Source of the DNA: the human T2T-CHM13v2.0 reference genome, Homo sapiens
Strand: one strand, 5' to 3'
DNA length: 64,000 bases
Assembly (NCBI RefSeq): GCF_009914755.1
Contig: NC_060931.1
The stretch's first letter is position 1. Each line of letters begins with the position of its first letter. Position numbers and translations under genes: made by a program. The notes under the pieces were generated by a model, which saw nothing but the letters and a program-made list of their open reading frames with translations, was not told the origin of the DNA and searched no databases. Of the stretch, positions 42,871 through 55,600 are shown in pieces.

Positions 42871-43216
42871 TGTATTAGTCCATTTTCACACCTCCAGTAA
42901 AGACATGCCCAAGACTGGGTAATTTCCAGAAGAAAGAGGTTTAATAGATGCACAGTTCTACATGGCTGGGTAGGCCTCATAATCATGGCACAAGCTGAAA
43001 GGCACATCTCACATGGCAGCAGACAGGACAAGAGAGCTTGTGCAGGAAACTCCCCTTTATAAAACCATCAGAACTTGTGAGACTTATTCACTATCAGAAG
43101 AACAGCATGGGAAAGACCCACCCTCATGATTCAATTACCTCCCACCTGTTCCCTCCCACAACATGTGGGAATTCAAGATGAGATTTGGCTGGGGACACAG
43201 CTAAACCCTCTTCTCA
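42871..43216 (-). mobile_element. THE1A-like MaLR solo LTR
   Basis: TGTATTAGTCCATTTTCAC...GTGGGAATTCAAGATGAGATTTGG...TCA, with exact 5-bp TSD GCTAC (42866-70 / 43217-21). Confidence 0.9.
43127..43137 (-). promoter_or_regulatory. DUX4-type double-homeodomain motif TAATTGAATCA in THE1A
   Basis: The + strand reads TGATTCAATTA, which fits TAAYBBAATCA on the - strand. Motif match only. Confidence 0.55.
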
Positions 43217-44786
43217 GCTACCCTCTTCTCTCTGGATCTGTGAGTAATAAACCTACTTCTGTGATTTCCCATGTTTTGTTCTGTGGCCTCTATGGGTCTG
43301 AGCTGACCTACACTGGAACCTATCTCTCCTCTGGCCAGGGTCTCCGAGAGTGGCTCTTGTCAGAAATACACAGGACACAGGTCAGGCAACAGTCACCAGG
43401 CATCTCCTAGTCTCAACAGATGTTCTGTGAGAGGGAGGCCTGGTCGTGGGATGCACACCTGGCCACTGCTGGGGTAAGGAAGTGTCCTGTGAAAGGCACA
43501 TGTTAAGCATCCACAACCCCTGACCAGAACCTCAGAAAGGCAGGGCTCCAATTGACAATCACTCTCCAGAGACAAACCTCAAGCCCTAACTGGAGGAAAA
43601 GAAAATAATGTAAAAAGTTGAATTTATCTTACTATTTCAATGATCCAGTAAAGACATTCTATGCCTGTACACCACATATTTTCTTTGATTGTGGATTTAT
43701 TTTAGATAGAATTTTAGGTCTGGCTTTCACTTTAGCCTGGTCCCTACCTCAAGCATAAGGTAAAGATTATCCATGCATTCTTTTCTGGTACTACTACCTG
43801 CCAGTGTGGGGTCATGTCCTAGTCTATCTTGAGGGAATCCCCCTGTTCATTATTGTCAGAGTGAGACTGTTAAGTCTTGATTTCCCTGGACAACTTCACT
43901 GCATGACTTCTAATATGATTTTTTAATATACCCTTTACTGGACAATAAATTCTATAGTTATCTGAGTAAGAGATATGGTCAGGAAGAGGCATTGCCTCAT
44001 TCAGCTTTTCTCTTTCGTGAACTCGCATATGTTCTCCTCACCCGCCAGTCACCTCTAAACTGTATTGTTCCAAGACAACAAACAGAACTTGAGTGTGTAT
44101 CTTTCATCACTGGATTTGAGTTTGCTCCATAAATCTTCACGCTTAATAGGGTTTCTGTTAGCTTTTTCTCTATTTATTTTCCCATAAAATATCACAGGCC
44201 TTCTTCATATGGAATTATGGGTGATTTACTTCAATCTGCATCATATCAAGTTGAGGTTCATGTTGATGAAAAGTAAAACATACGTTGAAAATATCAGTAA
44301 GGATGTTTTCCCCTCCTTTTTAGCACCTGTGCTTGTGATACAAGCACATTTTAATACAATTGTGGTCTCATGCTTTGATCATTCCTATGATGAAAATAAC
44401 ATTTTTAGCTAAAATATCTGAGTTTTATGAGGCCTTTAGTATGTGATGTGATAGAATATCAGAAGACTATACGTTTTTCTAGTTTTCCGTGCAATTCTAT
44501 CATTATTTCATCTTTACTCCTAGCAGAGTAATTTTGCAAAGTAGATATCCTGTCATTCATCCTGTTGTTATCAGTAAATAAGTGAAATTAAAGGCTAGAT
44601 TATATAATTTATCTAGAACAAGAAAGTAGAATTGAATCTATATTCATTAATGAGACTAACCAGTCAATTACACAGATAGGCATTTTACATTTTGAAGATC
44701 ATATGGACCTATTGTCAGAAATATTATTAATTATGTCTATGTGGACATCTCCTGTGCATATTTACATAGAAATCAATGAGAGCTGA

Positions 44787-44927
<141 letters not shown>

Positions 44928-44958
44928 TAGGACAACAGGTGCACATCACCATGCCCAC

Positions 44959-45579
44959 TTTTTTTTTTATTATACTTTAAGTTTTAGGGTACAGGTGCAC
45001 ATTGTGCAGGTTAGTTACATATTTATACATGTACCATGCTGGTGCGCTGCACCCACTAACTAGTCATCTAGCATTAGGTATATCTCCCAATGCTATCACT
45101 CCACCTTCTCCCCACCCCACAACAGTCCCCAGAGTGTGATATTCCCCTTCCTGTGTCCATGTGATCTCATTGTTCAATTCCCACCTATGAGTGAGAATAT
45201 GCGGTGTTTGGTTTTTTGTTCTTGTGATAGTTTACTGAGAATGATGATTCCCAATTTCATCCATGTCCCTACAAAGGACATGAACTCATCATTTTTTATG
45301 GCTGCATAGTATTCCATGGTGTATATGTGCCGCATTTTATTAATCCAGTCTATCATTGTTGGACATTTGGGTTGGTTCCAACTCTTTGCTATTGTGAATA
45401 ATGCCACAATAAACATACGTGTGCATGTGTCTTTATAGCAGCACGATTTATAGTCCTTTGGGTATATACACAGTAATGGGATGGCTGGGTCAAATGGTAT
45501 TTCCAGTTCTAGATCCCTGAGGAATCGCCACACTGACTTCCACAATGGTTGAACTAGTTTACAGTCCCACCCAAAAGTG
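44959..45579 (-). mobile_element. L1PA2-like LINE-1 3' segment (ORF2 end, 3' UTR, tail)
   Basis: T10-ATTATACTTTAAGTTTTAGGG...GCACATTGTGCAGGTTAG..GCTGGTGCGCTGCACCCACTAAC. The ORF at 45174-45593 is the ORF2 C-terminus (..HIYTMEYYAAIKNDEFMSF..IFSLIGGN). The Ta 'ACA' diagnostic is absent. Confidence 0.93.
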
Positions 45580-46240
45580 ACAAAAACAAGCAATGGGGAA
45601 AGGATTCCCTATTTAATAAATGGTGCTGGGAAAACTGGCTAGCCACATGTAGAAAGCTGAAACTGGATCCCTTCCTTACACCTTATATAAAAATCAATTC
45701 AAGATGGATTAAAGCCTTAAACGTTAGACCAAAAACCATAAAAACCCTAGAAGATAACCTAGGTATTACCCTTCAGGACATAGGCATGGGCAAGGACTTC
45801 ATGTCTAAAACATCAAAAGCAATGGTAACAAAAGACAAAATTGACAAATGGGATCTAATTAAACTAAAGAGCTGCTGCACAGCAAAAGAAACTACCATCA
45901 GAGTGAACAGGCAACCTACAAAATGGGAGAAAATTTTCGCAACCTACTCATGTGACAAAGGGCTAATATCCAGAATCTACAATGAACTCAAACAAATTTA
46001 CAAGAAAAAAACAAACAACCCCATCAAAAAGTGGGCGAAGGACATGAACAGACACTTCTCAAAAGAAGACATTTATGCAGCCAAAAAACACATGAAAAAA
46101 TGCTCATCATCACTGGCCATCAGAGAAATGCAAATCAAAACCACAATGAGATACCATCTCACACCAGTTAGAATGGCAATCATTAAATAGGCAGGAAACA
46201 ACAAGTGCTGGAGAGGATGTGGAGAAATAGGAACACTTTT
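45578..46240 (+). mobile_element. Inverted 5' segment of the same L1 (ORF2 fragment)
   Basis: The ORF at 45786-46190 is L1 ORF2 ([37 protein letters not shown]). Ends at GGAACACTTTT. Confidence 0.95.
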
Positions 46241-47364
46241 TTTTTTAAGTTTTGATAGAGACTGGGTCTTGCTATGTTGCCAAGGTTGCTTGTGAACTCC
46301 TGGGCTCAAGGAATCCTTTCATTTCAGCCTCTTCAACTGCTGGTATTACAAGCATGAACCACCATGTGGGCTGGAAGATGATTTTTATAATACTGAGATC
46401 ATATAGATGACAGCACCTGAAAAATAGACCACACCAAGCTTTATGTTAAAAGGTGTGAGGGTATCAATATTGTTGCGGCTATTGGGGAGGAAACCATTAG
46501 TAAAACCACTAAGTTAAAGCTCTTGCTTTAAACTTTGGCTTTAATTTAACAAATGTTCTATGGAGTGACAGTATGTATGTAACCATGCTATACCCATTCA
46601 CAGATGCAGTAGAGGGAAGAATTTCTCAAACACAACTGTTCTAAGACTCAAATTAAACCGTACTGGGTTTGAAAAGAGATAGTCCAGGAATTACCAAATA
46701 TTTTAGATATCAGATACAAGAGAATGCCAGGTATGCGATGATAATCAGCAATGGTTGTTCACACAATACATCAAATCAGTATTTGAATTAGCTTTTGAAT
46801 TACAAGGACAAATGGATCAAGTCTAGACTCTTTAGTAGATAAATCTTATTAGGCTGAGATGTGTTTTCCCCTGTTTTTCCACAAGGAGATTACAAATTTG
46901 CAAACCTCAGCTGCTCTCATTTTATACTCTCACCAAGCCAAAAGCTGAAGTTCATCAATCAGTGTGTCTAAGTGTTCACTGGTTATATACCATTTTGTAG
47001 TGTCATCTATTTTTCCAACTTCCTAAATCATCACCTTCATTTGATCTTGTTTTTTTCCACTATCACTTCTTTATTGACCATATAAAGAATACAAGTAAGT
47101 TCTTATTTTGTTATTGTTCATTTTAGTCTAATTTCATCAAAAGATCACAATCTTTTAATTTCATTTTAATTTCAAAGATTAAATGAAACCTACATAGAAA
47201 TGAATGTAACATTTGCATTTGCATTATTTTGGCATCAATTTGCTATCCTCCCTCATGCACATAGAGATCATTTCCATGTACGTGATTTCAAATATCCAAG
47301 TGCAGCATTAAAAGCAGTTGTAAATTATGGTTCTCATTTTCATGATACAATTACAATATAAACT

Positions 47365-48173
47365 TCCTCTTGCTGCTGTAACAAATTACCACAAACTTCA
47401 TATCTTACAATAAAGTGACCGTTAATCCTACAGTTCTGTAGTTCAGAAGCCTTCAATGAAACTCACACGGCTAACATCAAGTCATGGGCAGGGCTGCAGT
47501 ATGTCTGAGGGCTATGTGGCAGAATCTATTACTTGATTTTTTTTCAGCATCCAGAGGCCACCTTTATTCCTTAGAACATGACCTCATTCTTAGATCCTAT
47601 TTTTCTTTTTTATTTTTTTTTGAGATGGAGTCTCCTTCTGTCACCCAGGCTGGAGTGCAGTGGCAGGATCTCAGCTTACTGCAACCTCTGCCTCCCGGGT
47701 ACTAGTGATTCTTCTGCCTTAGCTTCCTGAGAAGCTTGGACTACAGCACTTGTCACCACGCCCAGTTTTTTTTTGTATTTTTAGTAGGGATGGAGTTTGA
47801 CCATGTTTGCCAGGATGGTCTCAATCTCCTGACCTCGTGATAAACCCACCCCCGCCTCCCAAAGTGCTGGGATTAGGCGTGAGCCACCATGCTGGGTCCT
47901 CATTCTTGTATCTTAAAAGTCAGTGATGTTGAGTAATTTCTCATGCCACCACCTCCAAGGTTGCCTTTCTCCTGCCTTCTTCTTTCACTTATAATGAAGT
48001 TTGTGATTTCATTGATCCCATCGATTTAAGACAATCTCTCTATCATTTTTCTGCAACCTTAATTTCACTTGAAATCTAATTTCACACTGCCGTGCAACCT
48101 AACATATTTGTATGTTAGACCCTGGGAATTAGGACATGAAAATTTTTGGGAGGCCATTCTTTGGCCTACAGCA
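47365..48173 (-). mobile_element. MLT1D/E-like MaLR LTR interrupted by an Alu
   Basis: TTGCTGCTGTAACAAATTACCACAAACTT...CAGTTCTGTAGTTCAGAAG ... GGAATTAGGACATG..GGAGGCCATT..GCCTACAGCA. Confidence 0.8.
47599..47897 (-). mobile_element. Alu SINE (AluS, Sc-like)
   Basis: T tail, GAGATGGAGTCTC...GGATGGTCTCAATCTCCTGACCTCGTGAT. TSD CCTCATTCTT(AG/GT)ATC(C/T)T at 47582 and 47898, followed by AAAA. Confidence 0.95.
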
Positions 48174-48258
48174 GACATAATCTGTTTACCTGCAGATTAA
48201 AGTGTTCTTTATTTCTCTGTCTCCCTCTCTTAATTTTTTAAAATAATATTAATTGTAG

Positions 48259-48906
48259 TAAAGAGAAAGAAAGAAAAGAAAACAAAGAAAGAAAAAGAAG
48301 GAAGGAAATAAGGAAGGAAGGAAATAAAGAAAGAAACAAGAAAGAAAAGAAGGAGGAAATGAGGGAAGGAAGAGAGCGAGGGAGGAAGGGAGAAAGTCAG
48401 GAAGGGAGAAAAAGAAAGTGTGAATACAAGAAAGAAAGGAGGAAAGAAAGAAAGAAAGAAAGAGAAAGAAAGAGAGATAGAGACAAGGAAAGGAGGAAGG
48501 AAGGATAGAAAGGAGGAAGAGAGAATGGTAAAAAGGAGGAAGGCAAAGAAACAAAGAAAATAAAGAGGCCAAGGAAGGAAGGAAAAAGACAAAATGAAGG
48601 GAGGGAGCAAGGAAGAAAATGAGGGTGGGAGGAAGGGAGAAAAATGGAAAGAAAGCAAGAACGTGAGAAATAAAGAATATGAGTAAAGAAGGAAGAAAAG
48701 GGAGGGAGAAAGGAAGGGAGGGAGGAGGGAAGGAAGAATAAGAGGACAGAAAGAAGGAAGAAAGAAGGTAGGAAGGAGAAAAAAGAAAGAAAAGAAGGAA
48801 AGGAAAAGAAAAAAGAAAAGAAAAGGAAGAGGAAAAGAAGAAAGGAAGGAAGAAGGCAAGGGAAGGGAAGAGAAGAGAAAGGAAGATGGAAAGAAGGAAG
48901 GAAGAA
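48259..48906 (+). repeat. ~650-bp GA-rich polypurine low-complexity tract
   Basis: GAAA/GGAA/GGAG units with only scattered pyrimidines. Confidence 0.95.
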
Positions 48907-48959
48907 CGCAAATATTAGAAATTCTGGGTTTGTTAGAGAATAGGCCATACTTTTTTTTT

Positions 48960-49580
48960 TCACTTGAAATGAAAGAGTATCTGCCGTTGAAGATTGGATG
49001 TCTTGTTGGTGATATTGTTGTTCTTATCTTCCACATGATTACTGAGTTTGTGCCTAGTCTTTCCATTACTAAGACAAAAGTGTTGAAGTCTGCAAATATA
49101 ATTTCGGATATTTCTAGTTCACCTTTGATTTCTTTCCTGTTTTACCTCATGTATTTGGAGGTTTTGTTGTTAGCTGCATACCCTAATTAGTAGGATGTTT
49201 ACATTTTCTTGAGAATTGATTACTCTATTATCTATTATCTCTCATCTCTGATACTATTTCTTGTTCCGAACTCTGTTGTGGCTAATATCAATGTTGTCCT
49301 TCCACAGCCTTATTTTAGTGTTTCCATGGTATGGTTTTCTCCATATCTTGATGATAACCTATTTATATCTCTATATATTTGGAGCAAGATATAAAATTCA
49401 GAATTTATTTTTTAAAGAATTTTCAAGATGTAATTCTTATTTCTTTTTGTTCTATTTCACATTCTCTGAGTTTCCAATATTTGAAGTTTGATTTTCTGTC
49501 ACTTCTTTTAGAATATTTTTGGCAGTTATTTTGAAAAATATTTCTTTTGCTCCATTATTATTCCCTCTTTTCTTATTGGG
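48960..49580 (-). mobile_element. Old antisense L1M fragment spanning the B/C' boundary
   Basis: GTGTTGAAGTCTGCAAATATAATTTCGGAT..TGTATTTGGAGG..TGTTGTTAG.TGCATAC matches antisense L1M. A related fragment lies at 52330-52570. Confidence 0.7.
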
Positions 49581-52500
49581 ATTTCAATCATAACTAGGGT
49601 ACGTAATTTCATCTCAGTCTTATGCAGGTACCTTTTCTCAGGGTCTCAGGAATGTAGGCTTCTCACACTTCTGTTCTTTTCCTGGCTGTGTTGGTGAGCT
49701 CAGTTATATTCCTCCTTCACCTTCAAGAGCAGTTTTGTTTTGTTTTTCCTGTTTTCATACTCCCAGCATCAGGAGTATTCTAAGTGTGGCAGTTTTTGTT
49801 GCCTTCCCCTACATATTAAGTGGAATATCTTGGTGTATTTGGACTCTTATAACAAAATAACATAAACCGGGTGACTAAAAAACAACAGATATTTCTTTCT
49901 TCACACTTCTTGAGGCTGTAAGATCTCAGGTCAAGATGCTCACAAATTCAGTGTTGATGAGAGCCCATTTCATGGTTCATGGATGGTGCCTTCTTTCTAT
50001 GTCCTCACATAGTGGAAGGCACACTAGAACTCCATTGAGCTTCTTTTATAAAGGCACTAATCCCATTCATAAGGGCTCGGCCCCCATGACCTGGTCACCT
50101 CCCAAGTGTTCTGCTCTCCCTGATCTGTGTCATATACAGACTCTCTTGGATTCCTTACCAATTGCTTGAGAGATTGCAGTGGGTTGGTGGGGAAAAAGTT
50201 TTCAATATGATGGATCTTTCTCAACTTCTGCAGCTGTCAGCAGTCTCCCAATCTCACCAGCCCCACTTTGTCCTTAGGAATTTATTGATTATTCCAGCTT
50301 TACTTGTCATAGTGGTGTCTATTTGCATCTTTCCTATGTAAGTGCATCTGTCCTCTTTCTCCTTGCAGGTGCAAGTACTCAGGAGTACACTGTTGTTACT
50401 AATTACTCAGTATTGGTTGGTACATTGTCAAAGATCAAAGAACATTTTTAAAGATAAAAAAATTCTTGGAGGTTGTGTAATGAAGGGTTAATTCTGAAGA
50501 CATGGCTTTCCAAAACCTTGTGCATTCCAAAGGTCTTCAGGACTGGCCCTTGACAAGCTCCTGGGAGATGATAACCTATGAGCCCTTGGTATATGTTGCC
50601 TGATGCGAGTCTTTGTATACCTGAAAACGTAGGTCATATCAAATAACTGATGCTAACAACGTGATTTCTTGTGAGCACCTGTTTCTGTATGCCTATGACT
50701 TTGTGTAATGCCATATTAATATGACCTCTGTTAGGGCATATGGAGGTTGGGAACTAAGTAGCTAAGTTCAGTCACAGGACGCTCGATGCATATGTGGTGG
50801 AATCCTAATAAAACCCCTGGATTCAAGACTGAGTGAGCTTCCCTAGTTGGCAACAAGTTCACACATGTTATCTCACACCATTGTAAAGAAAATTAGTCAG
50901 TGTGAAGTCCCCACTATGAAAGGTCACCTGTAATCTCACATCTGGTTTGTCCTGGACTCAACTTTAAGTGCTTTTATGCTTCTGATTATTTTAATCTGGT
51001 TTCTTTCACTGTTAGAAACTATAACCACACAAAAAATCAGCTTTCTTGGGTTATGTGAATCATTAAACCAAAGGGGGACTTGGGGACCCCCAATAAAAAG
51101 TATATATATTCTTAAAAAGAAAAAGAAAACTGGCTATAGCAGATATTGCTGATGACTTGTCTTCTATGTCCTGGACTCAATGTGTTCACCTGAAATTCAC
51201 CTGTTTCTAGCTAACTGAGAGCTCCCCACATCATGCCTGTCTTTCTGATTTTCGGGCCTGCCTGTAAGCTTCTTGAGGCTAACCAGTGCTTCTCAACCAC
51301 ACATAGGAACAAAGAATGCGTTAGGGGTGCAGAGTTAATGATTATAAGGCAATCCTTAAGCAATAAGAGATGGGGATTCCAGCATCCTCATCTCTTTGTA
51401 AAGTTATTTTGACACAATCTCCATACCTCCATCATTACTGAGCACATAGCAGTAACTACTCATTCACACTGGCTTCGTGTTCTGTTTCATTTTCTCCACT
51501 TCTGTGCTTTCTCACTCAATTTCTGATTAAAGTATCTGACCCCAGATATTTGTTTCATAGTCTATTTTTGAGGGAATCCAGAGCCAAGACAATAACAATG
51601 GGAGCTTTGCAATGAGGGTGGGTGAGTATAATCATCAGAAGGTTACATACCTCACTGGGAACATCAAGGCCTGGAGAGCTTGCTGTTTCAATGAGAGAAA
51701 CATGTGGAATCTCAGTTCAATACATATATATAAGTGCAATAAGACGTGCCCTTTACTTATATCAAAGGAAAGTGCTCTTTACCTCTCTTTGTTGTTGTGT
51801 TTTTATCACTATTGCCTACACAAGCAGAATATCATACCCAGGATTTAAAGCCCTCTCTGCAGGATTTTCAAGCTCATGTTTTTATCATAAGTCACTCTGC
51901 TTCCATGTGTTTTAAATCTAATCCTCATTCCTCTGCTTTTACACCAGAGAATTCATCACTGACTTATTTTTGACTGACCTCCTTATAGAGCTGTGAAGTA
52001 CACAATTTCTGCTGTGACCTTTCTCTTAGAGTTCAGTCATATAGCCTCTCACTAGATATCATTTCCTCTTATCTTTCCTAATAATGAATTGTCAGTTAAA
52101 ACTCAATATTTTTAAGATTGAGCTTACCATCTGCACACACACACACACACACACACACATTATTGGTGTATTCTCCTAGCCTTGAAACACTAATGTCACA
52201 TTAATGTCTGCCTTTTCTCTCTCTGCTACCTCATTCCTCATCCTTAGATTATTCTAAAAGTTTCAATTAGATCAAGTTGGCTAATTATATTTATAAGATC
52301 CTCTCTACCCTTCCCAACATTTCGTTTAACAAAATTTAAAAATTTCTGGTGGGAGACTGTTGAAATCCCCATGGATGACTATGGTTTTACTATTTTACCT
52401 TTCAATTTTAATAGTTTTTATATTATGTATTTTGAAGTAATGCTATTGTGTGCATACATATTACTTATTTACATGATTTCTTGGTATATTTTCCCCTTTG

Positions 52501-52634
52501 TCATTTTGAAATGTTATTCTTCATCCCCAGTGATATTTCCTGTTCTGATGTCTACTTTGCTCATCACATTTTTAGTGGGTTTTGGTTTGTTTGTTTTTCT
52601 ACTGTTTGGTTCAAGTAAGTTTCTTATAAATCTG
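49093..52634 (+). repeat. Segmental duplication block C' (copy 2), including MLT1A-like (49828-50106) and MER77-like (50476-51093) LTR copies
   Basis: Paralog of 12966-16530 with the same satellite junction. Confidence 0.97.
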
Positions 52635-55600
52635 TTCGATTCCATTTTATGATTCCATTCGAGGATTCCACTCGATTCCATTCGATGATGATTCCATTCG
52701 AGTCCATTCAATGATTCCATTCGAGTCCATTCGATGATTCCATTTGATTCCATTCGATGATGATTCCATTAGAGTCCATTCGATGATTCCATTCGAATCC
52801 GTTTGATGATTCCATTGGATTCCATTCGATGATGGTTCCATTAGAGTCCATTCGATGATTCAATTTGATTCCATTCGATTCCATTCGATGATGATTCCAT
52901 TAGAGTACATTCGATGATTCCATTCGAGTCCGTTTGATGATTCCATCCGATTCCATTCAATGATGACACAATTCGAGTGCCTTCATTGATTCCATTAAAT
53001 TCCATTCTATGATGACTGCATTCGTTTCCATTCGATGATGATTCCAACGGATTCCATTCAATTTGTCCATTCGATTACATTCCTTGCAGATTCCATTCAA
53101 TTCCATTAGATGATGACTCCCCTAAATTCCAGTCGATGATGATTTCATTAAATTCAATTCGATGATGATCCTATTCGATTCTATTCAATGATGACTCTAT
53201 TCGATTCCGTTAAATAATTTCATTCAATTCCATTCGAAGATTCCATTTGATTCCATTCGATGGTGATTCCATTCATGTACAATCGATTATTCCATTCGAT
53301 TCCATTCGATGATGATTCCATTTGAGCCCATTCGATGATTCCATTCGATTCCATGCAATGATGATTCAATTGACTCCATTCGATGATTCCATTTGATTCA
53401 ATTAGATGATGACTGCCTTCGGTTCCATTCGATGATGATTCTAACGGACTCCATTCAAAGACTCCATTCGATTCCATTCATTGATGATTCCATTCGATTC
53501 CATTTGATGATGATTCCTTTTGATTCCATTCGATGATGATTCCATTCGATTACATTTGATGATGTTTCCATTGGATTCCATTCAATGATGATTCCATTGG
53601 ATTCCATTCGATGATTCCATTTGATTACATTCTATGATGATTCCTTTTGGGTCCATTCAATGATTCGATTCTATTCCATTTCATGATGATTCCATTCGAT
53701 TATTCAGTTCAACTCCATTTGATGCTTTCTTTCGATTCCACTCAATGTTGTTTCCATTTGAGTCCATTCGATGATTCCATTTGAGTGCATTCCATGATTT
53801 CATTCGATTCCATTCGATGATGATTCCATTCAATTCCATTCGATGATTCCGTTTGATTTCATTCAATGATGATTACATTAGATTCCATTCGAGTCCATTC
53901 AATGATTCCATTTGAGTCCATTAAATGATTCCATTTGATTCCATTCGATGATGACTCCATTCGAGTCCATTCAATGATGATTCCATTTGATGATTCTGTT
54001 GGATTCTATTCTTTGTTTTATTTTGATTCGTTTTGATGATGATTCCATTCAGTTTCATTCAATGATCCCATTCGATCCTATTCGATGATGTTTCCATTCA
54101 ATTCCTTTTGAAGAAAATTCTATTCAATTCCATTGATGATGATTCCATTTAATTCTATTCGATGTCAATTCTATTCGATTCCATTCGATGATGATTCCAT
54201 TTGATTCCATTCGATGATTAAATTCAATTCCATTCAATAATGATTCCATTCAAGTCCATTCGATGATTCCATTCAAGTCCATTTGATGATTCCATCTGAT
54301 TCCATTCAACGAATCCATTCTATTCTGTTCTATGATGATTCCATTCATTTCAATCCGATGATGATTCCATTCGATTCCATTCAATGATTCCATTCGATTC
54401 CATTTGATGATGATTCCAATCAATTCCATTTGCTGATTCCATTCGAATCCATTCGATGATGAGTCCATCCATTTCAATTGCATGATAATTCCATTCGTTT
54501 CAAGTCAATGCTGTTTCCATTCGATTCCATTCGATGTTGATTCCATTAGTTTCCATTGGATGATGACTCCATTCAAGTCCAATCGATGACGATCACATTC
54601 AATTTCATTCCATAATTCTATTCGATTCCATGTGATGTTGATTCCATCTGATACCATTTGATGATTCCATTCAATTCCATTCGATGATGATTCCATTCGT
54701 TTCCATCTGCTGATGATTCCATTCGATTCCATTCGATGATTATTGCATTTGAGTCCATTCGATGATTCCAATCGATACCATTCGATGATGATTGCATTCA
54801 AGTCCATGGATTATTCTATTCCATTCCATTGGATGATTCCATTAAAGTCCATTCGATGATTCTCTTCGATTCCATTCGAAAATTCCATTTGATTCCGTTT
54901 GATGTTGATTCCATTCGAGTCCATTCGATGATAATTCCATTCTATTCTATGCGATGATTCCATTGGATTCCTTTTGAAGATGATTCCGTTGGAGACCATT
55001 CAATGTTTCCATTCAATTCATTCGATGACGATTCCATTCAATTCTATTTGATGATTCCTTTCGATTTCATTTGATCATGATTCCATTTGAGTCCATTCGA
55101 AGATTAGATTCGATTCCATTCGATGATTCCGTACCATTCCATTTGATGATGATTCTGTTCGATTCCATTTGATGATGATTCCATTCGAGTTCATTTGATG
55201 ATTCCTTTTGATTACATTCTCCAATGATTACATTTGAGTCCGTTCGATGATTCCACTCGATTCCATACAATGATGATTCCGTTCAATTCCATTCGATGAT
55301 TCCATTCTAATCCATTCAATGACGATTCCATTAGAGTATATTAGATGATTCCATTTGATTCCCTTCAATGATGATTCTATTCTTTCCCATTAGATGATTC
55401 CACACTATTCCAATCGATGATGATTCTGTTTGAGTCCATTCGATGATTCCATTCTATGATGACTCCATTCCATTCCATTCATTGGTGATTCCATTCAATT
55501 CCATTCATTGATTCCATTACATTCCATTCTAAAATGATTACATTCGATTCTATTCGATGATTACACTCGATTCCACTTGACGATGACTCCATTCGATTCC

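Larger units (their letters stand above)
42490..43610 (+). mobile_element. MER54-like ERVL LTR, split by THE1A
   Basis: CCCAATAAAGGC, TGTGAGTAATAAAC, GGACACAGGTCAG, GTGAAAGGCACA, GGGCAGGGCT-like and ACTCTCCAGAGA..CCTCAAG motifs. Confidence 0.6.

Noticed and set aside
45174-46190. L1 ORF2-like ORFs as a functional CDS
   Set aside because: A 5'-truncated, inverted ~1.3-kb insertion with no promoter, ORF1, endonuclease or RT core.
48230-49066. Three overlapping 188-278 aa F/L/S/P-rich ORFs resembling membrane proteins
   Set aside because: The pyrimidine strand of the GA tract rarely forms stop codons, so all three frames are open.
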